NCBI GenBank assembly: GCA_964016885.1
Contig: OZ024741.1
Coordinates: forward strand, 249,054,001 to 249,118,000
Source of the DNA: Eledone cirrhosa
Lineage: Eukaryota
Direction: 5' to 3'
Length of the DNA stretch: 64,000 bases
Each line of letters begins with the position of its first letter. Positions within the stretch are counted from its first letter, which is position 1. The notes below the pieces were generated by a model that worked only from the letters and a program-made list of their open reading frames with translations, ran no database searches and had not been told where the DNA came from. Of this stretch, positions 25,301-38,047 are shown in pieces. Both the position numbers and the translations under genes were made by a program.

Positions 25301-28300
25301 CAGGGGGAGATAATTTGTAAAAAAAAATCAGGGGTAGATAATTTGTAAAAAAAAATCAGGGGGAGATAATTTGTAAAAAAAAATCAGGGGGAGATAATTT
25401 GTAAAAAAATCAAGGGGAGATAATTTCCAGCCGTCCAAGGGGAGATAATTTTCAGCCGTCCAAGGAGAGGTAATTTCTAGCCGTCCAAGGGGAGATAATT
25501 TCCAGCCGTCCAAGGGGAGATAATTTTTAAAAAAAAATCAGGCGGAGATAATTTGTAAACAAAAATCAGGGGGAGATAATTTGTAAAAAAAAATCAGGGG
25601 GAGATAATTTGTAAAAAAAAATCAGGGGGAGATAATTTGTAAAAAAAATCAAGGGGAGATAATTTCCAGCCATCCAAGGGGAGGTAATATCTAGCCATCC
25701 AAGGGGAGATAATTTCCAGCCGTCCAAGGGGAGATAATTTCCAGCCGTCCAAGGGGAGATAATATCCAGCCGTCCAAGGAGACATATTTTCCAGCCGTCC
25801 AAGGAGACGTAATTTCTAGCCGTCCAAGGGGAGATAAGTTCCAGCCTCCAAGGGGAGATAATTTCCAGCCAGCCAAGGGGAGATAATTTGTAAAAAAATC
25901 AGGGGGAGATAATTTGTAAAAAAAAAATCAGGGGGAGATAATTTGTAAAAAAATCAGGGGGAGACAATTTGTAAAAAAAAATCAGGGGGAAATAATTTGT
26001 AAAAAAATCAGGGGGAGATAATTTGTAAAAAAAATCAGGGGTAGATAATTTGTAAAAAAAATCAGGGGGAGATAATTTGTAAAAAAAATCAGGGGGAGAT
26101 AATTTGTAAAAAAAATCAGGGGTAGATAATTTTCAGCCGTCCAAGGGGAGATAATTTCCATCCTTCCAAGGGGAGATAATTTCCAGCCGTCCAAGGGGAG
26201 ATAATTTCCCGCCAGCCAAGGAGAGATAACATTTAAAAAAATCAGGCGGAGATAATTTGTAAAAAAAATCAGGGGGAGATAATTTGTAAAAAAATCAGGG
26301 GGAGATAATTTGTAAAAAAAATCAGGGGTAGATAATTTCCAGCCGTCCAAGGGGAGATAATTTCCATCCTTCCAAGGGGAGATAATTTCCAGCCGTCCAA
26401 GTGGAGATAATTTCCCGCCAGCCAAGGAGAGATAATATTTAAAACAATCAGGCGGAGATAATTTGTAAAAAAAATCAGGGGGAGATAATTTGTAAAAAAA
26501 TCAGGGGGAGATAATTTGTAAAAAAAAATCAGGGGGAGATAATTTGTAAAAAAAATCAGGGGGAGATAATTTGTAAAAAAAATCAGGGGTAGATAATTTG
26601 TAAAAAAAAATCAGGGGGAGATAATTTGTAAAAAAAAAATCAGGGGGAGATAATTTGTAAAAAAATCAAGGGGAGATAATTTCCAGCCGTCCAAGGGGAG
26701 GTAATATCTAGCCATCCAAGGGGAGATAATTTCCAGCCGTCCAAGGGGAGATAATTTCCAGCCGTCCAAGGGGAGATAATATCCAGCCGTCCAAGGAGAC
26801 ATATTTTCCAGCCGTCCAAGGAGACGTAATTTCTAGCCGTCCAAGGGGAGATAAGTTCCAGCCTCCAAGGGGAGATAATTTCCAGCCAGCCAAGGGGAGA
26901 TAATTTGTAAAAAAATTAGGGGGAGATAATTTGTAAAAAAAAATTAGAGGGAGATAATTTGTAAAAAAAAATCAGGGGGAGATAATTTGTAAAAAAAAAT
27001 CAGGGGGAGATAATTTGTAAAAAAAAATCAGGGGGAGATAATTTGTAAAAAAAAAATCAGGCGGAGATAATTTGTAAAAAAATCAAGGGGAGATAATTTC
27101 CAGCCGTCCAAGGGGAGATAATTTTCAGCCGTCCAAGGAGAGGTAATTTCTAGCCGTCCAAGGGGAGATAATTTCCAGCCGTCCAAGGGGAGATAATTTT
27201 TTTTAAAAAATCAGGCGGAGATAATTTGTAAACAAAAATCAGGGGGAGATAATTTGTAAAAAAAAATCAGGGGGAGATAATTTGTAAAAAAAATCAGGGG
27301 GAGATAATTTGTAAAAAAAATCAAGGGGAGATAATTTGTAAAAAAAAATCAGGGGTAGATAATTTGTAAAAAAAAATCAGGGGGAGATAATTTGTAAAAA
27401 AAAAATCAGGGGGAGATAATTTGTAAAAAAATCAAGGGGAGATAATTTCCAGCCGTCCAAGGGGAGATAATTTTCAGCCGTCCAAGGAGAGGTAATTTCT
27501 AGCCGTCCAAGGGGAGATAATTTCCAGCCAGCCAAGGGGAGATAATTTGTAAAAAAATCAGGGGTAGATAATTTGTAAAAAAAAATCAGGGGGAGATAAT
27601 TTGTAAAAAAAATCAGGGGGAGATAATTTGTAAAAAAAATCAGGGGTAGATAATTTCCAGCCGTCCAAGGGGAGATAATTTCCATCCTTCCAAGGGGAGA
27701 TAATTTCCAGCCGTCCAAGGGGAGATGATTTCCCGCCAGCCAAGGAGAGATAACATTTAAAAAAATCAGGCGGAGATAATTTGTAAAAAAAATCAGGGGG
27801 AGATAATTTGTAAAAAAAAAATCAAGGGGAGATAATTTGTAAAAAAATCAGGGGGAGATAATTTGTAAAAAAAAAATCAGGGGGAGATAATTTGTAAAAA
27901 AAATCAGGGGGAGATAATTTGTAGAAAAAATCAGGGGTAGATAATTTGTAAAAAAAATCAGGGGGAGATAATTTGTAAAAAAAATCAGGGGGAGATAATT
28001 TGTAAAAAAAATCAGGGGTAGATAATTTGTAAAAAAAAATCAGGGGTAGATAATTTCCAGCCGTCCAAGGGGAGATAATTTCCATCCTTCCAAGGGGAGA
28101 TAATTTCCAGCCGTCCAAGGGGAGATAATTTCCCGCCAGCCAAGGAGAGATAATATTTAAAAAAATCAGGCGGAGATAATTTGTAAAAAAAATCAGGGGG
28201 AGATAATTTGTAAAAAAATCAGGCGGAGATAATTTGTAAAAAAAAATCAGGGGAGATAATTTGTAAAAAAAATCAGGGGGAGATAATTTGTAAAAAAAAT

Positions 28301-31300
28301 CAGGGGTAGATAATTTGTAAAAAAAAATCAGGGGGAGATAATTTGTAAAAAAAAAATCAGGGGGAGATAATTTGTAAAAAAATCAAGGGGAGATAATTTC
28401 CAGCCGTCCAAGGGGAGATAATTTTCAGCCGTCCAAGGAGGTAATTTCTAGCCGTCCAAGGGGAGATAATTTCCAGCCGTCCAAGGGGAGATAATTTTTT
28501 TAAAAAAATCAGGCGGAGATAATTTGTAAAAAAAAATCAGGGGGAGATAATTTGTAAAAAAAATCAGGGGGAGATAATTTGTAAAAAAAATCAGGGGTAG
28601 ATAATTTCCAGCCGTCCAAGGGGAGATAATTTCCATCCTTCCAAAGGGAGATAATTTCCAGCCGTCCAAGGGGAGATGATTTCCCGCCAGCCAAGGAGAG
28701 ATAACATTTAAAAAAATCAGGCGGAGATAATTTGTAAAAAAAATCAGGGGGAGATAATTTGTAAAAAAAAAATCAGGGGGAGATAATTTGTAAAAAAATC
28801 AGGGGGAGATAATTTGTAAAAAAAAAATCAGGGGGAGATAATTTGTAAAAAAAATCAGGGGGAGATAATTTGTAGAAAAAATCAGGGGTAGATAATTTGT
28901 AAAAAAAATCAGGGGGAGATAATTTGTAAAAAAAATCAGGGGGAGATAATTTGTAAAAAAAATCAGGGGTAGATAATTTGTAAAAAAAAATCAGGGGTAG
29001 ATAATTTCCAGCCGTCCAAGGGGAGATAATTTCCATCCTTCCAAGGGGAGATAATTTCCAGCCGTCCAAGGGGAGATAATTTCCCGCCAGCCAAGGAGAG
29101 ATAATATTTAAAAAAATCAGGCGGAGATAATTTGTAAAAAAAATCAGGGGGAGATAATTTGTAAAAAAATCAGGCGGAGATAATTTGTAAAAAAAAATCA
29201 GGGGAGATAATTTGTAAAAAAAATCAGGGGGAGATAATTTGTAAAAAAAATCAGGGGTAGATAATTTGTAAAAAAAAATCAGGGGGAGATAATTTGTAAA
29301 AAAAAAATCAGGGGGAGATAATTTGTAAAAAAATCAAGGGGAGATAATTTCCAGCCGTCCAAGGGGAGATAATTTTCAGCCGTCCAAGGAGGTAATTTCT
29401 AGCCGTCCAAGGGGAGATAATTTCCAGCCGTCCAAGGGGAGATAATTTTTTTAAAAAAATCAGGCGGAGATAATTTGTAAACAAAATTCAGGGGGAGATA
29501 ATTTGTAAAAAAAAATCAGGGGGAGATAATTTGTAAAAAAAATCAGGGGGAGATAATTTGTAAAAAAAATCAAGGGGAGATAATTTGTAAAAAAAAATCA
29601 GGGGTAGATAATTTGTAAAAAAAAATCAGGGGGAGATAATTTTCAGCCGTCCAAGGGGAGATAATTTCCATCCTTCCAAGGGGAGATAATTTCCAGCCGT
29701 CCAAGGGGAGATAATTTCCCGCCAGCCAAGGAGAGATAACATTTAAAAAAATCAGGCGGAGATAATTTGTAAAAAAAATCAGGGGGAGATAATTTGTAAA
29801 AAAATCAGGGGGAGATAATTTGTAAAAAAAATCAGGGGTAGATAATTTCCAGCCGTCCAAGGGGAGATAATTTCCATCCTTCCAAGGGGAGATAATTTCC
29901 AGCCGTCCAAGTGGAGATAATTTCCCGCCAGCCAAGGAGAGATAATATTTAAAACAATCAGGCGGAGATAATTTGTAAAAAAAATCAGGGGGAGATAATT
30001 TGTAAAAAAATCAGGGGGAGATAATTTGTAAAAAAAAATCAGGGGGAGATAATTTGTAAAAAAAATCAGGGGGAGATAATTTGTAAAAAAAATCAGGGGT
30101 AGATAATTTGTAAAAAAAAATCAGGGGGAGATAATTTGTAAAAAAAAAATCAGGGGGAGATAATTTGTAAAAAAATCAAGGGGAGATAATTTCCAGCCGT
30201 CCAAGGGGAGGTAATATCTAGCCATCCAAGGGGAGATAATTTCCAGCCGTCCAAGGGGAGATAATTTCCAGCCGTCCAAGGGGAGATAATATCCAGCCGT
30301 CCAAGGAGACATATTTTCCAGCCGTCCAAGGAGACGTAATTTCTAGCCGTCCAAGGGGAGATAAGTTCCAGCCTCCAAGGGGAGATAATTTCCAGCCAGC
30401 CAAGGGGAGATAATTTGTAAAAAAATTAGGGGGAGATAATTTGTAAAAAAAAATTAGAGGGAGATAATTTGTAAAAAAAAATCAGGGGGAGATAATTTGT
30501 AAAAAAAAATCAGGGGGAGATAATTTGTAAAAAAAAATCAGGGGGAGATAATTTGTAAAAAAATAATCAGGCGGAGATAATTTGTAAAAAAATCAAGGGG
30601 AGATAATTTCCAGCCGTCCAAGGGGAGATAATTTTCAGCCGTCCAAGGAGAGGTAATTTCTAGCCGTCCAAGGGGAGATAATTTCCAGCCGTCCAAGGGG
30701 AGATAATTTTTTTAAAAAAATCAGGCGGAGATAATTTGTAAACAAAAATCAGGGGGAGATAATTTGTAAAAAAAAATCAGGGGGAGATAATTTGTAAAAA
30801 AAATCAGGGGGAGATAATTTGTAAAAAAAATCAAGGGGAGATAATTTGTAAAAAAAAATCAGGGGTAGATAATTTGTAAAAAAAAATCAGGGGGAGATAA
30901 TTTGTAAAAAAAAAATCAGGGGGAGATAATTTGTAAAAAAATCAAGGGGAGATAATTTCCAGCCGTCCAAGGGGAGATAATTTTCAGCCGTCCAAGGAGA
31001 GGTAATTTCTAGCCGTCCAAGGGGAGATAATTTCCAGCCAGCCAAGGGGAGATAATTTGTAAAAAAATCAGGGGTAGATAATTTGTAAAAAAAAATCAGG
31101 GGGAGATAATTTGTAAAAAAAATCAGGGGGAGATAATTTGTAAAAAAAATCAGGGGTAGATAATTTCCAGCCGTCCAAGGGGAGATAATTTCCATCCTTC
31201 CAAGGGGAGATAATTTCCAGCCGTCCAAGGGGAGATGATTTCCCGCCAGCCAAGGAGAGATAACATTTAAAAAAATCAGGCGGAGATAATTTGTAAAAAA

Positions 31301-34300
31301 AATCAGGGGGAGATAATTTGTAAAAAAAAAATCAAGGGGAGATAATTTGTAAAAAAATCAGGGGGAGATAATTTGTAAAAAAAAAATCAGGGGCAGATAA
31401 TTTGTAAAAAAAATCAGGGGGAGATAATTTGTAGAAAAAATCAGGGGTAGATAATTTGTAAAAAAAATCAGGGGGAGATAATTTGTAAAAAAAATCAGGG
31501 GGAGATAATTTGTAAAAAAAATCAGGGGTAGATAATTTGTAAAAAAAAATCAGGGGTAGATAATTTCCAGCCGTCCAAGGGGAGATAATTTCCATCCTTC
31601 CAAGGGGAGATAATTTCCAGCCGTCCAAGGGGAGATAATTTCCCGCCAGCCAAGGAGAGATAATATTTAAAAAAATCAGGCGGAGATAATTTGTAAAAAA
31701 AATCAGGGGGAGATAATTTGTAAAAAAATCAGGCGGAGATAATTTGTAAAAAAAAATCAGGGGAGATAATTTGTAAAAAAAATCAGGGGGAGATAATTTG
31801 TAAAAAAAATCAGGGGTAGATAATTTGTAAAAAAAAATCAGGGGGAGATAATTTGTAAAAAAAAAATCAGGGGGAGATAATTTGTAAAAAAATCAAGGGG
31901 AGATAATTTCCAGCCGTCCAAGGGGAGATAATTTTCAGCCGTCCAAGGAGGTAATTTCTAGCCGTCCAAGGGGAGATAATTTCCAGCCGTCCAAGGGGAG
32001 ATAATTTTTTTAAAAAAATCAGGCGGAGATAATTTGTAAAAAAAAATCAGGGGGAGATAATTTGTAAAAAAAATCAGGGGGAGATAATTTGTAAAAAAAA
32101 TCAGGGGTAGATAATTTCCAGCCGTCCAAGGGGAGATAATTTCCATCCTTCCAAAGGGAGATAATTTCCAGCCGTCCAAGGGGAGATGATTTCCCGCCAG
32201 CCAAGGAGAGATAACATTTAAAAAAATCAGGCGGAGATAATTTGTAAAAAAAATCAGGGGGAGATAATTTGTAAAAAAAAAATCAGGGGGAGATAATTTG
32301 TAAAAAAATCAGGGGGAGATAATTTGTAAAAAAAAAATCAGGGGGAGATAATTTGTAAAAAAAATCAGGGGGAGATAATTTGTAGAAAAAATCAGGGGTA
32401 GATAATTTGTAAAAAAAATCAGGGGGAGATAATTTGTAAAAAAAATCAGGGGGAGATAATTTGTAAAAAAAATCAGGGGTAGATAATTTGTAAAAAAAAA
32501 TCAGGGGTAGATAATTTCCAGCCGTCCAAGGGGAGATAATTTCCATCCTTCCAAGGGGAGATAATTTCCAGCCGTCCAAGGGGAGATAATTTCCCGCCAG
32601 CCAAGGAGAGATAATATTTAAAAAAATCAGGCGGAGATAATTTGTAAAAAAAATCAGGGGGAGATAATTTGTAAAAAAATCAGGCGGAGATAATTTGTAA
32701 AAAAAAATCAGGGGAGATAATTTGTAAAAAAAATCAGGGGGAGATAATTTGTAAAAAAAATCAGGGGTAGATAATTTGTAAAAAAAAATCAGGGGGAGAT
32801 AATTTGTAAAAAAAAAATCAGGGGGAGATAATTTGTAAAAAAATCAAGGGGAGATAATTTCCAGCCGTCCAAGGGGAGATAATTTTCAGCCGTCCAAGGA
32901 GGTTATTTCTAGCCGTCCAAGGGGAGATAATTTCCAGCCGTCCAAGGGGAGATAATTTTTTTAAAAAAATCAGGCGGAGATAATTTGTAAACAAAATTCA
33001 GGGGGAGATAATTTGTAAAAAAAAATCAGGGGGAGATAATTTGTAAAAAAAATCAGGGGGAGATAATTTGTAAAAAAAATCAAGGGGAGATAATTTGTAA
33101 AAAAAAATCAGGGGTAGATAATTTGTAAAAAAAAATCAGGGGGAGATAATTTGTAAAAAAAAAATCAGGGGGAGATAATTTGTAAAAAAATCAGGGGTAG
33201 ATAATTTGTAAAAAAAAATCAGGGGGAGATAATTTGTAAAAAAAAATCAGGGGGAGATAATTTGTAAAAAAAATCAGGGGGAGATAATTTGTAAAAAAAA
33301 ATCAGGGGTAGATAATTTGTAAAAAAAAATCAGGGGGAGATAATTTGTAAAAAAAAATCAGGGGGAGATAATTTGTAAAAAAATCAAGGGGAGATAATTT
33401 CCAGCCGTCCAAGGGGAGATAATTTTCAGCCGTCCAAGGAGAGGTAATTTCTAGCCGTCCAAGGGGAGATAATTTCCAGCCGTCCAAGGGGAGATAATTT
33501 TTTAAAAAAAATCAGGCGGAGATAATTTGTAAACAAAAATCAGGGGGAGATAATTTGTAAAAAAAAATCAGGGGGAGATAATTTGTAAAAAAAAATCAGG
33601 GGGAGATAATTTGTAAAAAAAATCAAGGGGAGATAATTTCCAGCCGTCCAAGGGGAGGTAATATCTAGCCATCCAAGGGGAGATAATTTCCAGCCGTCCA
33701 AGGGCAGATAATTTCCAGCCGTCCAAGGGGAGATAATATCCAGCCGTCCAAGGAGACATATTTTCCAGCCGTCCAAGGAGACGTAATTTCTAGCCGTCCA
33801 AGGGGAGATAAGTTCCAGCCTCCAAGGGGAGATAATTTCCAGCCAGCCAAGGGGAGATAATTTGTAAACAAATCAGGGGGAGATAATTTGTAAAAAAAAA
33901 ATCAGGGGGAGATAATTTGTAAAAAAATCAGGGGGAGATAATTTGTAAAAAAAAATCAGGGGGAGATAATTTGTAAAAAAAATCAGGGGGAGATAATTTG
34001 TAAAAAAAATCAGGGGTAGATAATTTGTAAAAAAAATCAGGGGGAGATAATTTGTAAAAAAAATCAGGGGGAGATAATTTGTAAAAAAAATCAGGGGTAG
34101 ATAATTTTCAGCCGTCCAAGGGGAGATAATTTCCATCCTTCCAAGGGGAGATAATTTCCAGCCGTCCAAGGGGAGATAATTTCCCGCCAGCCAAGGAGAG
34201 ATAACATTTAAAAAAATCAGGCGGAGATAATTTGTAAAAAAAATCAGGGGGAGATAATTTGTAAAAAAATCAGGGGGAGATAATTTGTAAAAAAAATCAG

Positions 34301-37300
34301 GGGTAGATAATTTCCAGCCGTCCAAGGGGAGATAATTTCCATCCTTCCAAGGGGAGATAATTTCCAGCCGTCCAAGGGGAGATAATTTCCCGCCAGCCAA
34401 GGAGAGATAATATTTAAAAAAATCAGGCGGAGATAATTTGTAAAAAAAATCAGGGGGAGATAATTTGTAAAAAAATCAGGGGGAGATAATTTGTAAAAAA
34501 AAATCAGGGGGAGATAATTTGTAAAAAAAATCAGGGGGAGATAATTTGTAAAAAAAAATCAGGGGTAGATAATTTGTAAAAAAAAATCAGGGGGAGATAA
34601 TTTGTAAAAAAAAAATCAGGGGGAGATAATTTGTAAAAAAATCAAGGGGAGATAATTTCCAGCCGTCCAAGGGGAGATAATTTTCAGCCGTCCAAGGAGA
34701 GGTAATTTCTAGCCGTCCAAGGGGAGATAATTTCCAGCCGTCCAAGGGGAGATAATTTTTTTAAAAAAATCAGGCGGAGATAATTTGTAAACAAAAATCA
34801 GGGGGAGATAATTTGTAAAAAAAAATCAGGGGGAGATAATTTGTAAAAAAAAATCAGGGGGAGATAATTTGTAAAAAAAATCAAGGGGAGATAATTTCCA
34901 GCCGTCCAAGGGGAGGTAATATCTAGCCATCCAAGGGGAGATAATTTCCAGCCGTCCAAGGGGAGATAATTTCCAGCCGTCCAAGGGGAGATAATATCCA
35001 GCCGTCCAAGGAGACATATTTTCCAGCCGTCCAAGGAGACGTAATTTCTAGCCGTCCAAGGGGAGATAAGTTCCAGCCTCCAAGGGGAGATAATTTCCAG
35101 CCAGCCAAGGGGAGATAATTTGTAAAAAAATTAGGGGGAGATAATTTGTAAAAAAAAATTAGGGGGAGATAATTTGTAAAAAAAAATCAGGGGGAGATAA
35201 TTTGTAAAAAAAAATCAGGGGGAGATAATTTGTAAAAAAAATCAAGGGGAGATAATTTCCAGCCGTCCAAGGGGAGATAATTTTCAGCCGTCCAAGGAGA
35301 GGTAAATTCTAGCCGTCCAAGGAGATATAATTTCCAGCCGTCCAAGGGGAGATAATTTCCAGCCGTCCAAGGGGAGATAATTTTAAAAAAAAAATCAGGC
35401 GGAGATAATTTGTAAACAAAAATCAGGGGGAGATAACTTTTAAAAAAAAATCAGGGGGAGATAATTTGTAAAAAAAAATCAGGGGGAGATAATTTGTAAA
35501 AAAAATCAAGGGGAGATAATTTCCAGCCGTCCAAGGGGAGGTAATATCTAGCCATCCAAGGGGAGATAATTTCCAGCCGTCCAAGGGGAGATAATTTCCA
35601 GCCGTCCAAGGGGAGATAATATCCAGCCGTCCAAGGAGACATATTTTCCAGCCGTCCAAGGAGAGGTAATTTCTAGCCGTCCAAGGGGAGATAAGTTCCA
35701 GCCTCCAAGGGGAGATAATTTCCAGCCAGCCAAGGGGAGATAATTTGTAAAAAAATCAGGGGGGAGATAATTTGTAAAAAAAATCAGGGGGAGATAATTT
35801 GAAAAAAAAATCAGGGGGAGATAATTTGTAAAAAATATCAAGGGGAGATAATTTCCAGCCCTCCAGGGGGCTATAATTTCCAGCCGTGCAAGGGGAGATA
35901 ATTTCCAGCCGTCCAAGGGGAGATAATTTCCATCCTTCCAAGGGGAGATAATTTCCAGCCGTCCAAGGGGAGATAATTTCCCGCCAGCCAAGGGAAGATA
36001 ATTTTTTAAAAAATCAGGCGGAGATTGTAAAAAAAATCAGGGGGAGATAATTTGTAAAAAAATCAGGGGGAGATAATTTGTAAAAAAAAAATCAGGGGGA
36101 GATAATTTGTAAAAAAAAATCAAGGGGAGATAATTTGTAAAAAAAATCAGGGGGAGATAATTTGTAAAAAAAATCAGGGGTAGATAATTTGTAAAAAAAA
36201 TCAGGGGGAGATAATTTGTAAAAAAAATCAGGGGGAGATAATTTGTAAAAAAAATCAGGGGTAGATAATTTTCAGCCGTCCAAGGGGAGATAATTTCCAT
36301 CCTTCCAAGGGGAGATAATTTCCAGCCGTCCAAGGGGAGATAATTTCCCGCCAGCCAAGGAGAGATAACATTTAAAAAAATCAGGCGGAGATAATTTGTA
36401 AAAAAATCAGGGGGAGATAATTTGTAAAAAAAAATCAGGGGGAGATAATTTGTAAAAAAAATCAGGGGGAGATAATTTGTAAAAAAAAATCAGGGGTAGA
36501 TAATTTGTAAAAAAAAATCAGGGGGAGATAATTTGTAAAAAAAAATCAGGGGGAGATAATTTGTAAAAAAATCAAGGGGAGATAATTTCCAGCCGTCCAA
36601 GGGGAGATAATTTTCAGCCGTCCAAGGAGAGGTAATTTCTAGCCGTCCAAGGGGAGATAATTTCCAGCCGTCCAAGGGGAGATAATTTTTAAAAAAAAAT
36701 CAGGCGGAGATAATTTGTAAACAAAAATCAGGGGGAGATAATTTGTAAAAAAAAATCAGGGGGAGATAATTTGTAAAAAAAAATCAGGGGGAGATAATTT
36801 GTAAAAAAAATCAAGGGGAGATAATTTCCAGCCGTCCAAGGGGAGGTAATATCTAGCCATCCAAGGGGAGATAATTTCCAGCCGTCCAAGGGGAGATAAT
36901 TTCCAGCCGTCCAAGGGGAGATAATATCCAGCCGTCCAAGGAGACATATTTTCCAGCCGTCCAAGGAGACGTAATTTCTAGCCGTCCAAGGGGAGATAAG
37001 TTCCAGCCTCCAAGGGGAGATAATTTCCAGCCAGCCAAGGGGAGATAATTTGTAAAAAAATCAGGGGGAGATAATTTGTAAAAAAAAAATCAGGGGGAGA
37101 TAATTTGTAAAAAAATCAGGGGGAGACAATTTGTAAAAAAAAGTCAGGGGGAAATAATTTGTAAAAAAAATCAGGGGGAGATAATTTGTAAAAAAAATCA
37201 GGGGTAGATAATTTGTAAAAAAAATCAGGGGGAGATAATTTGTAAAAAAAATCAGGGGGAGATAATTTGTAAAAAAAATCAGGGGTAGATAATTTTCAGC

Positions 37301-38047
37301 CGTCCAAGGGGAGATAATTTCCATCCTTCCAAGGGGAGATAATTTCCAGCCGTCCAAGGGGAGATAATTTCCCGCCAGCCAAGGAGAGATAACATTTAAA
37401 AAAATCAGGCGGAGATAATTTGTAAAAAAAATCAGGGGGAGATAATTTGTAAAAAAATCAGGGGGAGATAATTTGTAAAAAAAATCAGGGGTAGATAATT
37501 TCCAGCCGTCCAAGGGGAGATAATTTCCATCCTTCCAAGGGGAGATAATTTCCAGCCGTCCAAGGGGAGATAATTTCCCGCCAGCCAAGGAGAGATAATA
37601 TTTAAAAAAATCAGGCGGAGATAATTTGTAAAAAAAATCAGGGGGAGATAATTTGTAAAAAAATCAGGGGGAGATAATTTGTAAAAAAAAATCAGGGGGA
37701 GATAATTTGTAAAAAAATCAGGGGGAGATAATTTGTAAAAAAAATCAGGGGTAGATAATTTGTAAAAAAAAATCAGGGGGAGATAATTTGTAAAAAAAAA
37801 ATCAGGGGGAGATAATTTGTAAAAAAATCAAGGGGAGATAATTTCCAGCCGTCCAAGGGGAGATAATTTTCAGCCGTCCAAGGAGAGGTAATTTCTAGCC
37901 GTCCAAGGGGAGATAATTTCCAGCCGTCCAAGGGGAGATAATTTTTTTAAAAAAATCAGGCGGAGATAATTTGTAAACAAAAATCAGGGGGAGATAATTT
38001 GTAAAAAAAAATCAGGGGGAGATAATTTGTAAAAAAAAATCAGGGGG